Source of the DNA: a virus
Length of the DNA: 64,000 nucleotides
Strand: one strand, 5' to 3'
Virus record (IMG/VR): IMGVR_UViG_2883327909_000009
Location: 8,628 to 72,627 of that record
In this document: positions 36,247 to 46,154 of the stretch, one piece after another
Layout: the number at the start of each line of letters is the position of its first letter
Numbering within the stretch: position 1 is the stretch's first letter
The notes under the pieces: generated by a model
The model's input: the letters and a program-made list of their open reading frames with translations, nothing else
What the model was told of the DNA's origin: nothing
Databases searched by the model: none
Translations under genes and position numbers: made by a program

Positions 36247-36575
36247 TCACTCACAAATCTTACGCCTTTCACCCCAGCGTGTTGCCGGGAAAACCAGAAG
36301 TTGAACAAATCGCTCCGTGGTCGAATCTTCACCGTGGCGGCCTGAAATATCTGCCGCTTGCTGTCCAGAAAATCGTCAGAAAGGGAATTTTCGACCTGGC
36401 GAGTGCTCACCCAGGCGGATTTGAAACGCTTTACCTGACGCGCGGCCTAGGAATCATTCAAGCTGGTCCTCGATCACTTTCCCACTTGCGCGTAAAGATT
36501 CAATGTGGTAGTCCTGGACTTGCGTGACGGGTTCGTCGCGCCTGAAATTTGACTCACAGCCTAAAGCTCAACCTC

Positions 36576-36602
36576 ACCCGCCAACCCACGGCGGGTTTTT
36601 TT
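36576..36602 (+). terminator. intrinsic terminator upstream of small terminase
   Basis: ACCCGCC/GGCGGGT stem + T-run. Confidence 0.7.
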
Positions 36603-36611
36603 CATTCCTCT

Positions 36612-37190
36612 ATGAACCTGACACCAAAGCAAGAGAAGTTCGCTCAGAAGTACATCGAGCTGGGTAATGCGGCCGAAGCGTACCGGCAGAGCTACGACGC
36701 AAAGAAGATGACCGACAAGACCACCTGGGAGGCGGCATCTCGATTACTCGCCGACAGCAAGGTGGCTGCAAGGGTTAACGAACTTAAAGAATTACACCTT
36801 AAGGCTCACGTCGTCACGGTCAATCGTGTGCTGGAAGAGTACGCGCGATTGGCGTTCGCCGATGTGCGCAAAGCGTTCGACCCGAAGGGCAATCTTAAAC
36901 CAATACACGAGATTCCGGACGACATCGCCGCAGCCATCGCGGGAATCGACATCGTCGAGAATCAGTGCGGTGCCAGCATCTCGGCCGAAGGGATTCGAGC
37001 CGTCGAGAGCTATACCAAGAAGCTGAAGTTCGCCGACAAGAAGGGCACGCTCGACAGCCTGGCGAAACACCTCGGCATGTTCACTGACACAATCAAGGTC
37101 ACGCATGACTACGAAGAAATGACCGATGACGAACTCATCGCTCTCGCCCGAAGCAAGGGCATCGTTACTGGAGAAAATTCGCCTCTCTGA
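36612..37190 (+). CDS. terminase small subunit
   Basis: 'LTPKQEKFAQKYIELGNAAEAYR..Y...ASRLL...KVAARV'. Confidence 0.92.
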   Translation: MNLTPKQEKFAQKYIELGNAAEAYRQSYDAKKMTDKTTWEAASRLLADSKVAARVNELKELHLKAHVVTVNRVLEEYARLAFADVRKAFDPKGNLKPIHEIPDDIAAAIAGIDIVENQCGASISAEGIRAVESYTKKLKFADKKGTLDSLAKHLGMFTDTIKVTHDYEEMTDDELIALARSKGIVTGENSPL

Positions 37191-38565
37191 GGAGATCGCG
37201 AAGCGCAAGCGGGAGAACCGCCTCGCGACGTACACCCCGTATGCGAAGCAGCGGGAGTTCCACGCCGCCGGGGCGACTCACCGAGAGCGCCTGTTCATGG
37301 CGGGCAACCAGCTCGGCAAGACCATCGCGGGGGGCAACGAGGAGGCGATCCACGCCACCGGCCTCTACCCCGACTGGTGGACTGGCAAGCGGTGGGAAGA
37401 CCCCACGAAGTCCTGGGTCGCCGGCGTCACCGGGGAATCGACCCGCGACAACCCGCAGCGGATTCTCCTGGGCGAGCGCGGGGCGTTCGGCACAGGCGCG
37501 ATCCCCAAGCGGTGCATCCTCGACTACGCCTCGGCCCGCGGCATCCCCGGCCTGGTCGATACGGTCCAGGTCAAGCACGTCTCCGGCGGCACGAGTTACA
37601 TTGCGTTCAAGTCCTACGAAAAGGGCCGCGAGAAGTGGCAGGGCGAGACGCTGCACCGGGTTTGGTTCGACGAGGAGCCGCCGCTCGACATCTACATCGA
37701 AGGCCTCACCCGCACCAACGCCACCAGCGGCATCGTCACGGTGACGTTCACCCCCCTGCTCGGCATGTCCGACACGGTGCTGCGGTTCATCGGCGACGGC
37801 GAGGCCAAAGCGCCAGGGACGCACGTCACCAACATGACCATCGACGACGCCGAGCACTACTCACCCGAACAGCGTGCCGCCATCGTCGCGAGCTACCCGC
37901 CGCACGAGCGCGAGGCGCGGGCGAAGGGCGTTCCGATCCTCGGCTCGGGCCGCGTCTTCCCCATCTCGGAAGAATCGATCCGCATCGACCCGATCACGAT
38001 CCCGGCCCACTGGGCGCAGATCGGCGCGCTCGACTTCGGCTGGGACCACCCCACCGCCGGCGTTCGCCTCTGCTACGACCGCGACGCCGACTGCATCTAC
38101 GTCACCCACACCCACCGCCTGAAGGAAGCCACGCCGGTCATCCACGCCGCCACGCTCAAGTCCTGGGGCGACTGGCTCCCGTGGGCATGGCCGCACGACG
38201 GCCTTCAGCACGACAAGGGGTCGGGCGAGCAACTCGCCGCCCAGTACAAGGCGCAAGGCCTGAACATGCTCCACGAGCGCGCCACCTTCCCCGACGGCAG
38301 CAACGGCGTCGAGGCGGGGATCATGGAAATGCTCGACCGGATGCAGACGGGCCGGCTCAAAGTGTTCTCCACGCTCACCGAGTGGTTCGAGGAGTTCCGC
38401 ATGTACCACCGCAAGGACGGGCTGATCGTCAAGGAGCGCGACGACCTCATGGCCGCGACCCGCTACGGCGTCATGATGCTCCGCTACGCCAAGACCCGCC
38501 CCGTCAAGCGGACACCGACCACACCGCACGCGGGTGCAAGCACGAACGCCTGGATGGCCCGCTAA
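37126..38565 (+). CDS. terminase large subunit
   Basis: 'MAGNQLGKT', 'WFDEEPP', 'LDFGWDHP', 'DDLMAATRY'. Confidence 0.95.
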   Translation: MTNSSLSPEARASLLEKIRLSEEIAKRKRENRLATYTPYAKQREFHAAGATHRERLFMAGNQLGKTIAGGNEEAIHATGLYPDWWTGKRWEDPTKSWVAGVTGESTRDNPQRILLGERGAFGTGAIPKRCILDYASARGIPGLVDTVQVKHVSGGTSYIAFKSYEKGREKWQGETLHRVWFDEEPPLDIYIEGLTRTNATSGIVTVTFTPLLGMSDTVLRFIGDGEAKAPGTHVTNMTIDDAEHYSPEQRAAIVASYPPHEREARAKGVPILGSGRVFPISEESIRIDPITIPAHWAQIGALDFGWDHPTAGVRLCYDRDADCIYVTHTHRLKEATPVIHAATLKSWGDWLPWAWPHDGLQHDKGSGEQLAAQYKAQGLNMLHERATFPDGSNGVEAGIMEMLDRMQTGRLKVFSTLTEWFEEFRMYHRKDGLIVKERDDLMAATRYGVMMLRYAKTRPVKRTPTTPHAGASTNAWMAR

Positions 38566-38581
38566 CTTTGAAACGAGACCG

Positions 38582-40723
38582 ATGAAGCCAGAAGCCGACG
38601 ACACCGCCGCACCGCAAGAGGGCGACGGGAGGGCCGCGTCCCGCCGGAAGAAGAAGGACGACGAGAAGTTCCTGGCGAAAGCCCGCAAGCAGTTTTCCCA
38701 GGCGATCGAAGCCGACAACGACAACCACCGCCAGTACGTCGAGGACACGACCTTCTGCTCCACCGACGACCAGTGGGATGACGCGGTTAAGATTTTGCGA
38801 GGCCGCGACCGCCCGACGATCACGGTCAACAAGCTCAACGGCGTCATCAAGCAGATCATCGGCGACTACCGCCAGAACAAGCTCTCGATCAAGGTGCTGC
38901 CCGCCGGTCAGGAGGCCAGCGTTGAGACCGCCGACATCCTCGCCGGGCTCATCCGGAACATCGAAGCCCAGAGCAACGCCGACCAGGCGTACACGAACGG
39001 CTTGGACTGCTCGGCCAGGGGCGGCTTCGGCAACTGGCGGGTGATGACCGACTATTGCGAAGACGACACGTTCGACCAGGACTTGAAGGTCGTCCCGATC
39101 TTCAACCCGCTGACCGTTCACTGCGATCCTCTGGCCAAGCGCATCACCCGCGAGGACGCCCGCTACTACTTCATCACCGAGAGCGTGCCGAAAGAGCAGT
39201 TCGAGGCCGACCATCCGGGTGCGAAAACAGGAGCGTTCGACGGCATGGACGCCGATGACAAGGCGAACTGGTCGGGCGAGGATACCATCCGCATCGCCGA
39301 GCACTTCGAGAAGGAGCAATACGAGGTTCGCCTCGTAGCCTTCGACACCGGGCTGGTGGTGCCGATTGAATCCGACGAGCAGCTGCAAAACCTGATCGAT
39401 CTTGGCAATAAGGTTGTGAAAGAGCGCAAAGCCGTGCGCACCCGCATCCGCTGGCGGAAGATGACGGCATTCGAGGTGCTAGACGAGAAAACGCTCCCGA
39501 TCCCATTCATCCCGATCATTCCCTGCCTCGGCGAGGAAGTGAACATCGAGGGCAAGGTTTACCTGCGCTCGGCCATCTTCTACGGCAAAGACCCGCAGCG
39601 GATGCTCAACTACTGGAAGACGGTCGCCACAGAGACGGTTGCTTTGGCTCCAAAATCCCGCGCGAAAGGTACGCCAGCGCACTTCCAGGGCTTGGAGGAT
39701 ACCTGGTCGAGTTCCAACCCCACCAATTTTGCGCTCTACAATCCTGATCCGGAAGCGCCGGGTGGGCCAGAAATGATGCCACCTCCCACCATGCCGGTCG
39801 GCGAGATGGGCATGGCCAACGGTTGCGCCCAGGACATCCGCGACACCACCGGCCTTCAACAGGCATCGTTCGGCGAGCACAGCAATGAGACCAGTGGCCG
39901 AGCCATCATGGCACGCCAGAAGGAAGGCGACACCGCTACGGCGCTGTTCCTCGACAACCTGCGGATGGCCATCGAGTTCACCGGCCGCATCCTAATCGCG
40001 TGGATTCCCCACGTTTACGACACCGAGCGTATCGTCCGCACCCTCGACCTGGAGGGCAACCCGAAGACCGTTACGGTCAACCAGCGCCAGCACGACCCGA
40101 TCACCGGCGTGACGCGCGTGCTCAACTCGTTGGGCGTCGGCAAGTACGACGTGGTGGTCTCCACCGGCCCCGCACAAGCCTCGATGCGCCAGGAGTGGCT
40201 GGGCACGATGCAAGCGCTCATCCAGGCCGATCCGACCATCATGCAGAAGGCGGGCGACCTCGTCGTGAAGTACGTGGACGGCCCCGGTGCCGAAGAGTTG
40301 TCCGAGCGCCTCAAGAAATTCTTGCCGCCGCAGGTCACGCAGGAACAGGACGAGAATGGGCCGCCACAACCACCCCAGCCGTCACCCCAGGAAATCGCCC
40401 AGGCGCAGGCCATGCAGGCGCAGCAACAGCAGATGCAAGCCGAACAGCAACAAAAGCAGGCGGAGTTCATCGCCGAGGTGAAGCAGAAACAGGCCGAACT
40501 CCAGGCCCAACAGCAGCAGGCAGCCGACGAGCTGGCACAGAAGCAGGCGGAATCCCAGGCCAAGATGGCGATGGAGATGAAGCAGATGATGATGGACTTC
40601 ATGACCAGCCAGCGGGAGCTCGACTTCAAGCACAAGCAATTACAGGTGGACGCACAGCTCGAACTCCTGAAGCTCGACGCCGCCGATACGACGGATGAGA
40701 TCGAGCGCGAGGTGGCCGAGTAA
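38582..40723 (+). CDS. P22-like portal protein
   Basis: 'RPTITVNKL', 'KDPQRMLNYW', 'NETSGRAI.ARQ.EG', Gln-rich C-terminal barrel. Confidence 0.92.
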   Translation: MKPEADDTAAPQEGDGRAASRRKKKDDEKFLAKARKQFSQAIEADNDNHRQYVEDTTFCSTDDQWDDAVKILRGRDRPTITVNKLNGVIKQIIGDYRQNKLSIKVLPAGQEASVETADILAGLIRNIEAQSNADQAYTNGLDCSARGGFGNWRVMTDYCEDDTFDQDLKVVPIFNPLTVHCDPLAKRITREDARYYFITESVPKEQFEADHPGAKTGAFDGMDADDKANWSGEDTIRIAEHFEKEQYEVRLVAFDTGLVVPIESDEQLQNLIDLGNKVVKERKAVRTRIRWRKMTAFEVLDEKTLPIPFIPIIPCLGEEVNIEGKVYLRSAIFYGKDPQRMLNYWKTVATETVALAPKSRAKGTPAHFQGLEDTWSSSNPTNFALYNPDPEAPGGPEMMPPPTMPVGEMGMANGCAQDIRDTTGLQQASFGEHSNETSGRAIMARQKEGDTATALFLDNLRMAIEFTGRILIAWIPHVYDTERIVRTLDLEGNPKTVTVNQRQHDPITGVTRVLNSLGVGKYDVVVSTGPAQASMRQEWLGTMQALIQADPTIMQKAGDLVVKYVDGPGAEELSERLKKFLPPQVTQEQDENGPPQPPQPSPQEIAQAQAMQAQQQQMQAEQQQKQAEFIAEVKQKQAELQAQQQQAADELAQKQAESQAKMAMEMKQMMMDFMTSQRELDFKHKQLQVDAQLELLKLDAADTTDEIEREVAE

Positions 40724-42534
40724 TGTCGCTCCTGCTCATGATGGACACGACCGGTGGCGCGGGGAGCGGTACAGGCCGGGTCGCGGCGGCCAACAACTCC
40801 AACCTGCCGTACATTTTTTCAACCGCCGCCAACTGGTGCCACCACGGGGCGACCACGCACGTCACCGGCCCGGAAGCGGTCACCGAGATGGAGCTGTTCT
40901 TCCTCAACGGCATGATGGTCGTCAACGGCGAAGTGGATGCGTATTACGACTTCACCATCCGCAGCTCGGTCTTTTACAACGGGGTCTTCTACCCGGCGTA
41001 CAGCGCGCTCAACCCAGCTGCCCGTGACATTAGCGTCGCCAAGAACTGGGGCTTAGCCCGCTTCAAGGTGCCCGGCCTCAGCATCCCTCCGGCAACGCGC
41101 TTCATCGTCTACAATCGCCGCGTTGCCAACGATTCGGCAACGGCGCAAGCTAACGTATCCGCCATCACCAACGCCAACCCCTGCGTGGTGACCTGCACGG
41201 GGCACTCGTTCCTGGCCGGGCAGCAGGTGCAGTTCGACAGCGTCGGCGGCACCACCCAGCTCAACTACAGCACGAACGGCAACACCATCTACACCGTCGC
41301 CAACCCGACGGCCAACACCTTCGAGCTGCGCAACGCCGCGAACACGGTGAACATCAACTCCACGGCCTACGGCGTGTACACCAGCGGGGGCACGGCCTCC
41401 CGCCAGTACAACGTCATCACCAACACCAGCGGCATACGCGCCCGCCAAGACGGCATCATCAACGCCACCTCCAGCGTCAACGACTTCACCCTCGGCGTCG
41501 GCCTGGCGTATGGCGCGCGGGCGGGCACGCCGGTCATATCCAGCGGGGGCGTCGCTTCATGCCCCGTGGCAGCCGCCGGGCAAGGCTACCTGTCCGGCAT
41601 CAGCATGGGCGCGTGGTACGGTGCAGCCGGTGCAGGTGGTGCAGGTGCGACCATGCCGGGCAGCGGGGCTAGTGGCTTCGGCACGCCGACCGCGGGGGCG
41701 ATTACGAGCATCACACCGACCTCACCCGGCACGGGGCAAAGTTCCGGCAACCCGCCCATGATTACGCTCGGCGGGGGCGGCTCCGGCAACTGCTTCGGCA
41801 TCGGCGACCAGGCCACCTACGGCCCGTGCCTGATTAGCGGCAAGACTGCCGGTGCGAAGAAGGGGCTCATCCTCCTGGGCGACAGCAACGACGCCGGGTA
41901 CAGTGCCGCGGACGGCACCGGCGACCTGAACGGCAGCCACGGCGTGTTGGAGCAAAAACTCGCGGGTACGCGGGGCATCTGGAAGCTCTGCCGCGCCGGG
42001 GAATCCGCCGCGGGGTGGAATTCTAACAACACCCGTCAGCTGGCGCTGATCGATGCCGTGGCCGCAACCGGCGTGCAAATCGGTGACGTGATCGTCGGCT
42101 TCGGCACCAACGACTTCAACTCCGGCTCCAACCTGGCGACCGTGGAAGCCCAGCTCACCACCGTCATCAACACCATCAAGGGCAAGGGCGCGAAGAAGGT
42201 CTTCATCCGCACCCTGCCACCATTCACGACCTCCAGCGACGCCTTCACCACCACGGCGAACCAAACGGCGGGCAACACCGCCTACGGCGCGGGCGGCGAC
42301 GTGCTGACGTTCAACTCCCGCCTGCGCAGTTCGACGGGCATCGCCAACGACGGCATCCTCGACGTGGCGATCCAGGTCGCCGACGGCACCACCGCCTGGA
42401 AGTGGCGCGTGGCGGGCACGTTCCCCCTCGGCGCGGCTTCCGCCACCGCCTTCTCGGACGACGGCGTCCATTACAACAAGGCGGCGGGCATCCCCTACGC
42501 CGTCAACAACCTCGACGTGTCGGCGTTGGCGTGA
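40723..42534 (+). CDS. Gly/Thr-rich virion-type protein with C-terminal SGNH/GDSL hydrolase
   Basis: GDSN, FGTND, DGVH blocks; N-terminal 'AITNANPCVVT..GHSF' module. Confidence 0.8.
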   Translation: MSLLLMMDTTGGAGSGTGRVAAANNSNLPYIFSTAANWCHHGATTHVTGPEAVTEMELFFLNGMMVVNGEVDAYYDFTIRSSVFYNGVFYPAYSALNPAARDISVAKNWGLARFKVPGLSIPPATRFIVYNRRVANDSATAQANVSAITNANPCVVTCTGHSFLAGQQVQFDSVGGTTQLNYSTNGNTIYTVANPTANTFELRNAANTVNINSTAYGVYTSGGTASRQYNVITNTSGIRARQDGIINATSSVNDFTLGVGLAYGARAGTPVISSGGVASCPVAAAGQGYLSGISMGAWYGAAGAGGAGATMPGSGASGFGTPTAGAITSITPTSPGTGQSSGNPPMITLGGGGSGNCFGIGDQATYGPCLISGKTAGAKKGLILLGDSNDAGYSAADGTGDLNGSHGVLEQKLAGTRGIWKLCRAGESAAGWNSNNTRQLALIDAVAATGVQIGDVIVGFGTNDFNSGSNLATVEAQLTTVINTIKGKGAKKVFIRTLPPFTTSSDAFTTTANQTAGNTAYGAGGDVLTFNSRLRSSTGIANDGILDVAIQVADGTTAWKWRVAGTFPLGAASATAFSDDGVHYNKAAGIPYAVNNLDVSALA

Positions 42535-42650
42535 TGCTCCTGCTCCTCCTGCACCCCAATCCCTCGGCGGCCTCGTCCAACCGCCTGCTCATGGAAGACG
42601 GCTCGTACCTGTTGCTGGAAGACGGCAGCAAGATCCCGCTGGAGGCCTGA
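42534..42650 (+). CDS. 38-aa phage protein
   Basis: 'LLMEDGSYLLLEDG' motif; TGATG coupling. Confidence 0.55.
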   Translation: MLLLLLHPNPSAASSNRLLMEDGSYLLLEDGSKIPLEA

Positions 42651-42653
42651 GCC

Positions 42654-43067
42654 GTGGCCGACACGAAGATCAGCGCGCTCACCGACGGGGTTGCCGGGGT
42701 TTCGACGGACATGATTGTGATCGTGCGCGGCGGGGTGAACTACCGGCTGACCCTGGTCAACCTGCTCAGCGGCATGGGATCGGTCACCCAGCTCGTCACC
42801 CCGACGAACGGCAGCACGGTGAACGTTACCAGGTCGAACTACACCACGCTCCTGGTCAACCCGGCCGGGCCGCTGCTCAGCCTGACGATCAACATGCCGT
42901 CTTCGCCCCAAGACGGCGACAGGGTGTCCATCTCCAGCGGGCAGGCCATTACCACCGTCAACCAGACCGGCGGCACGATCCTCAGCGCCCTGACGACGAT
43001 GCTGCTGGGCGGTTTCGCCACCCACGTGTTCAACGCCGCCGCGAACAAGTGGTTCCGGATCGGCTGA
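42654..43067 (+). CDS. putative structural protein
   Basis: 'MADTKISAL' start typical of tail/decoration proteins. Confidence 0.7.
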   Translation: MADTKISALTDGVAGVSTDMIVIVRGGVNYRLTLVNLLSGMGSVTQLVTPTNGSTVNVTRSNYTTLLVNPAGPLLSLTINMPSSPQDGDRVSISSGQAITTVNQTGGTILSALTTMLLGGFATHVFNAAANKWFRIG

Positions 43068-43074
43068 CCAAGAA

Positions 43075-43137
43075 TTCCCCCGCGAGGGGGAAATCCGTAC
43101 CCGTGCGGTTCCACGGGGTTCAATCCTTACGAAAGTA
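43075..43137 (+). promoter_or_regulatory. three-hairpin leader of scaffold gene
   Basis: TTCCCCC-GCGA-GGGGGAA; CCCGTG/CACGGG; TAC-GAAA-GTA just before ATG. Confidence 0.45.
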
Positions 43138-43143
43138 TGACCC

Positions 43144-44034
43144 ATGACTGACACGACCGAAACGGTCGCGCCGCAACCGGCTGCGCCCGAACCCGTAACC
43201 ACCCCAGCGGCCTCACCGGAGCCGTCCCCCGAATCCGATGCACCCCAGGCCGACACTGCCCCCGAGCAGATCGAGGATTCGGCCCCCTCGGACGACCCCG
43301 GTGACGATTCCACCGACGAACAGAGGCCCAAGAAATCCAAGGGCGGCTTTCAAAAGCGCATCGACGAACTGACCCGCGAGCGAGAAATCGTCCGCATCGA
43401 GAAGGAAAACCTGGCGCGCGAGCTACAGGCGATCCGGGAGAAGGAGAGGGCAACCCCCGCCACGGCGACCGACCCCGGCGCGGCCCCGCGCATCGAAGAT
43501 TGTGCGACGGTCGAAGAGTTCCGGGACAAGACGGCGGAATGGGGGCGTCAGCAGGCGCGGTTCGAGGCGGCTCAACAGGCCGAGCAGGACCGCATCGCCG
43601 ACGAGGCGGCCAAGGCGAAGCAGGAGCAGATCACCCGGCAGGCGGAGTTCCGCGTCAAAGCCCAGAAGGCGATGACCAAGTATTCCGACTGGCAGGCAGT
43701 CGCAATGGCTCCCACCGTGCCGTACAGCGAAACCTCCGCCCATCTCGTTGCGCAAAGCGAGCACGCCGCCGAGCTCGCCTACCACCTGGGCAAGAACCCC
43801 GAGGTGGCCGACCGCCTGGCGCGACTCGACCAATACTCGTGCATGCGGGAAGTCATCAGGTTGGAGGCGCGGATCACCGCCGCACCACCGCCCAAGCCCA
43901 TCACCAAAGCCGAAGACCCGATCAAGCCGGTCGGTGGCCGCGAAACCGTCGTCAAGACCATGGCCGACCTGGCCAAGTCCGACGACGCGAGCGCGTACAT
44001 CGCCCGGATGAACGGCAAGCTTCGGAAAACCTAA
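43144..44034 (+). CDS. capsid scaffolding protein
   Basis: acidic Pro-rich N-terminus, 'FQKRIDELT' coiled coil, precedes coat. Confidence 0.85.
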   Translation: MTDTTETVAPQPAAPEPVTTPAASPEPSPESDAPQADTAPEQIEDSAPSDDPGDDSTDEQRPKKSKGGFQKRIDELTREREIVRIEKENLARELQAIREKERATPATATDPGAAPRIEDCATVEEFRDKTAEWGRQQARFEAAQQAEQDRIADEAAKAKQEQITRQAEFRVKAQKAMTKYSDWQAVAMAPTVPYSETSAHLVAQSEHAAELAYHLGKNPEVADRLARLDQYSCMREVIRLEARITAAPPPKPITKAEDPIKPVGGRETVVKTMADLAKSDDASAYIARMNGKLRKT

Positions 44035-44050
44035 CCGAAAGGACTAACCC

Positions 44051-45280
44051 ATGGCTAACACGTTTAACGCCGTTGACCTCATTGCTTCGGAATCCCTGCG
44101 GATCTTTAGCAACGAACTGTACTTCCTCAAAAACATGAACACCGACTACCAGTCGAAGTTCCAGATGGAAGTCGAAGACCACCGAACGGGTCCGACCGTC
44201 CGCATCCAGAAGCCCGCCCGTCGGACCGTCCGTCAAGGCTGGACCCGCAGCCCCCAGGACTTCACCGAGGAAAGCACGTCGCTCACCATCGACACGGTTC
44301 GCGGTGACGACATGAACATTCCGGAAGCGGAACTCGCCCTGCTCGTTCAAGACCCGGAAAGCAACATGGCGGGGTTTTCCAAGCGGTTCCTCCAGACCCG
44401 CATGACCACGCTGGCCAACAGCATCGACGCGGAACAGTTCGCCAAGATGTACGTCCTCGTCGGTAACGCGGTCGGCACCCCCGGCCAGACGCCGAACACC
44501 TGGGGGCCTTACGGCGACGCCATGCAGAAACTCGACGAGAACCTCTGCCCTGCTGCCGACCGCATGGTCATCATCAACCCGGCGGCCCGGAATAAAACGG
44601 CGGATGCATTCAAAGGCCTTGCCTTGCAGCAATTGTCCGAGAAGGCGCTCAGCCGCGCGTACCTCGGCTCAATCGCGGACTTCGACGTGTTCATGTCGCA
44701 GAACGTGCCGAACCACACGGTCGGCCCGTTGGGGGGCACGCCACTCGTCAACACCGGGTCGCAGGTCGGTTCGTCGCTCGTGACCGACGGGTGGACTGCC
44801 GCGGCGGCTTCCCGCCTGAAAAAGGGCGACATCTTCACCATCGCGGGCGTGTACCAGGTCAACTACCAGACCAAGGCGCAGTATTCTTCGCTGCAACAGT
44901 TCCTGGTAACCGCCGACGTGTCCTCGGACGGCTCGGGCAACCTCACCGCCGCCATCTTCCCCTCGATCATCACGAGCGGGGCGACGCAGACGGTGAACGC
45001 TTCCCCGGCGGACAACGCGGCGATTACCGTCGTGGGCACGGCGGCCACGCTCTACGCCCAGAACCTGGCGTACCACAAGGACGCCTTTACCGTGGCGTTC
45101 GCCAAGCTGTCCAGCCCGAAGGTGAGCGTCGAGTCCTCGACCAAGACGTTCGAGAATATCTCCATGCGCTACATGCGGGGCTATGACATCGCCAACGCGC
45201 AGCTCGTCGACCGGATCGACGTGTTCCTCGGCTCGAACGCCCTCTACCGCGAATGGGCGTGTCGGATTTTCGGCGCGTAA
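44051..45280 (+). CDS. P22 gp5-like major capsid protein
   Basis: 'GPTVRIQKP', 'LANSIDAE', 'QNLAYHKDAF', 'DRIDVFLG'. Confidence 0.92.
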   Translation: MANTFNAVDLIASESLRIFSNELYFLKNMNTDYQSKFQMEVEDHRTGPTVRIQKPARRTVRQGWTRSPQDFTEESTSLTIDTVRGDDMNIPEAELALLVQDPESNMAGFSKRFLQTRMTTLANSIDAEQFAKMYVLVGNAVGTPGQTPNTWGPYGDAMQKLDENLCPAADRMVIINPAARNKTADAFKGLALQQLSEKALSRAYLGSIADFDVFMSQNVPNHTVGPLGGTPLVNTGSQVGSSLVTDGWTAAAASRLKKGDIFTIAGVYQVNYQTKAQYSSLQQFLVTADVSSDGSGNLTAAIFPSIITSGATQTVNASPADNAAITVVGTAATLYAQNLAYHKDAFTVAFAKLSSPKVSVESSTKTFENISMRYMRGYDIANAQLVDRIDVFLGSNALYREWACRIFGA

Positions 45281-45290
45281 TGAGGCAACC

Positions 45291-45318
45291 GGGAGGGGTT
45301 TCGGCCCCTCCCATTTTT
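45291..45318 (+). terminator. intrinsic terminator after coat gene
   Basis: GGGAGGGG/CCCCTCCC + ATTTTT. Confidence 0.75.
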
Positions 45319-45340
45319 CAACCAACGAGAAGGACTACCC

Positions 45341-45832
45341 ATGAGCAAGATTCTGATGTTCAACACCGCCAACCAGCACATTCAAGAGCTGGAGGACGGC
45401 GAAACCGACACCATTAACCGCCTGATCGAGTCCGGCTGGCAACGGGTGGAGAAGTACGACCTCCTCGCCGTGTACAGCCCGACGCTCAACCGCCACAAGA
45501 CCGTGCTGAAGGCCGATGCTAAGACGTGGATCAACCAGGGCTACGTCGCCGAGCCGACCGTGGTCTACCACCCGGAACAGGGCGACAAGACCGTCGGTTC
45601 GGACGAGGCCCAACACCTGATCGATAGGGAAGGCTGGTATGACTCACCGGCAAAGTTTCCGAAGGACGGGGGTGTCTCCGGTTTCGTCACCCAGGCCGCC
45701 GCCAAGGCGCTCGACAAGATGACGAAGGAAGAACTGGTGGCCTACGCCAAATCCATTGATCTGACGCCCGACGAGGCCCTGACCAAGGCTCAACTCATCG
45801 CGGCCATCCAAGCTGCTTCTCAGAAGGAGTAA
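45341..45832 (+). CDS. phage protein with C-terminal HeH/Rho-N-like motif
   Basis: 'MTKEELVAYAK.......LTKAQLIAAI'. Confidence 0.7.
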   Translation: MSKILMFNTANQHIQELEDGETDTINRLIESGWQRVEKYDLLAVYSPTLNRHKTVLKADAKTWINQGYVAEPTVVYHPEQGDKTVGSDEAQHLIDREGWYDSPAKFPKDGGVSGFVTQAAAKALDKMTKEELVAYAKSIDLTPDEALTKAQLIAAIQAASQKE

Positions 45833-45836
45833 CCCA

Positions 45837-46151
45837 ATGGGAATTCAACTCAACGAAGACCGGCAAGTCTCGCTGACCGTGGTCAACAGCTTCGCCTCAG
45901 TAGCCGCCAACACGACTGCCGAACAGACCGTCACCGTCAAGGGACTGAAGCCCGGCGACCACTGCCTGGCGTTCAACAAGCTGACGGCGCAAGCGGGCTT
46001 GGGCATCGTCAACCATCGCGTCAGCGGCGCTGACACGCTGGCCATCACGTTCATCAACGCCACGGGTAGCCCCATCGTGCCTACGGCCGGCGACACCTAC
46101 GCCGCGATCATCATGCGGCCCGAGAAGAACTACACCGCGTTCCCAGGCTAA
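45837..46151 (+). CDS. putative capsid decoration/structural protein
   Basis: beta-rich 104 aa after coat. Confidence 0.65.
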   Translation: MGIQLNEDRQVSLTVVNSFASVAANTTAEQTVTVKGLKPGDHCLAFNKLTAQAGLGIVNHRVSGADTLAITFINATGSPIVPTAGDTYAAIIMRPEKNYTAFPG

Positions 46152-46154
46152 CCG

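Noticed and set aside
40400-40570. CAG-rich low-complexity run in portal
   Set aside because: Encodes the Gln-rich helical C-terminus expected of P22-like portals
43113-43130. T-loop-like GGGGTTCAATCC
   Set aside because: Flanks do not form a 5-bp T-stem or an acceptor stem
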